Assembly: GCA_976551045.1 (NCBI GenBank)
Contig: CDPCPM010000157.1
Span: forward strand, 5,084,001 to 5,148,000
DNA: 64,000 nucleotides
Origin: Glaucostegus cemiculus
Taxonomy: Eukaryota
Direction of reading: 5' to 3'
The notes beneath the pieces are model-generated. The model saw only the letters and a program-made list of their open reading frames with translations. It was not told the DNA's origin and ran no database searches. This document shows positions 62,791 through 64,000 of this stretch, piece by piece (within the stretch, counting starts at the first letter, position 1; every line of letters begins with the position of its first letter). The position numbers were made by a program, and so were the translations under genes.

Positions 62791-63284
62791 TTGACTAATG
62801 ACACCTTGCCCCTGCCCCTCCACTGGACATGTGCAAATGCCCCAGAAGTCAGTTCAACCTGTTTGTGTCTCTACAGATGCTGCCTGACCTGCTGAGTGTT
62901 TCCAGCATTCTCTGATTTCCAGTATATGCAGTTGTTCTGATTGTCAGTATTTCACTGAGATGAATTCTCTTCAATACTGCATGACTGACAAGGGACATTG
63001 CAGATTCTGGAACTTCCGGGAAAAGAAATCCCTGGATTCTGAAGGCGGTGAAATCTTGTCTGTTGACATTTTGATCTTTTCAGAATTCTCAGCTCTATAA
63101 CGTCCTCACCAATTGTGCACTGCATTACTGGGACCAGCCTGGTGTTGCTGTGTGCCTGCACGTTGGGATGTGGGAGTTCAGGGGTCACAAATCAACACAG
63201 CTTTTCCAACTTTAATTGGTGCCTAAGGATTAGAGCGAGTGAGGAAAAATAGGCTGTTTCTGTAAGGTAATCACGTAAAGAGAG

Positions 63285-63562
63285 AGTCTCTGTGTGTGTG
63301 CGTGAGAGAGAGAGATGCACACATGCTAACAGGAGTGAAAAAAGAGAAGGATAATTTGTATGTGTGAATGCATAGACACACTCACACACTCTCCATTCTG
63401 CGGGTGTGGAAGAGATTGTGTACACATTTGATGAAGGACATAAAGAGGGGTAATGCCATGAAGTACCATATCTACTAGCAGATACGGGCAGTGAAAAATC
63501 CATAGACAGACAGACACACACACACACTCACACTCACACTCTCTCTCTTGACACACACACAC
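63285..63562. repeat. Mixed (TG)/(GA)/(CA) low-complexity cluster
   Basis: Directly visible. Confidence 0.8.
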
Positions 63563-64000
63563 CAATTGCAGAGAGAACTGAGGCAAACAGATCATTGCAG
63601 CAGGTAAATGATCAGGCCTCGAAGCAGTTGAAATAATTTGACTAAGAGGATGGTGGAAAGGCCACACACCCCGTCAGCTGGTGAGCAGAGTCGAGACGCA
63701 CAGCAAAGATGTGTGTCTGTGGAAGATTAGCCAGGTGTAAAGCCTCCACTCTGCTACCAGTGCTGGGAACTAACCTCAGGAGCAGTCGGTGCTTTTCCTC
63801 CGAGCAGTTTATTCCAGAAAGCTTAGAAAGATAGAGTCCAAAATCCTGACCAAATTCAAAAGCCCAAGGCCAACACTTAGTTCCATGTTCTTCAGATTAC
63901 AGTAAGGAACGTGTGACTCAGCAAGCTCGCTCTTGCCACACATCCGCTCAAACACAGACGAGAGAAAACAGAGAGGTAACACAAACGGTAGCAGAGGAGA

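Overview
Repeat-dense vertebrate DNA, not prokaryotic. The mix of tRNA-derived V-SINEs (HE1-like), Deu-domain SINEs, CR1, L2 and Rex1/Babar LINE fragments and Penelope-derived hairpin elements points to a cartilaginous fish, probably a ray or shark (inference). I could not identify any intact cellular protein-coding gene, so the window looks intergenic or intronic. Most ORFs in the track are TE fragments or chance. Highlights: (1) an intronless ferritin fragment fused head-to-head to an antisense SINE inside one 6-bp target-site duplication, consistent with twin priming on two different RNAs; (2) many Penelope-type minimal hammerhead ribozyme motifs, including a recurrent CUGAYGC core variant; (3) V-SINEs with the same head but either a CR1-type or a Rex-type tail; (4) a compound inverted duplication at 6.6-8.0 kb; (5) a duplicated ~250-bp non-TE block that keeps octamer, TAATC and TATA-like motifs; (6) a 33-bp minisatellite inside a 219-codon minus-strand frame that starts at a strong splice acceptor; (7) a solo LTR with a 5-bp TSD. 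All calls were made by eye. TE boundaries are approximate (about 10-30 bp), identity values are visual estimates, and family names need a Dfam/Repbase check.
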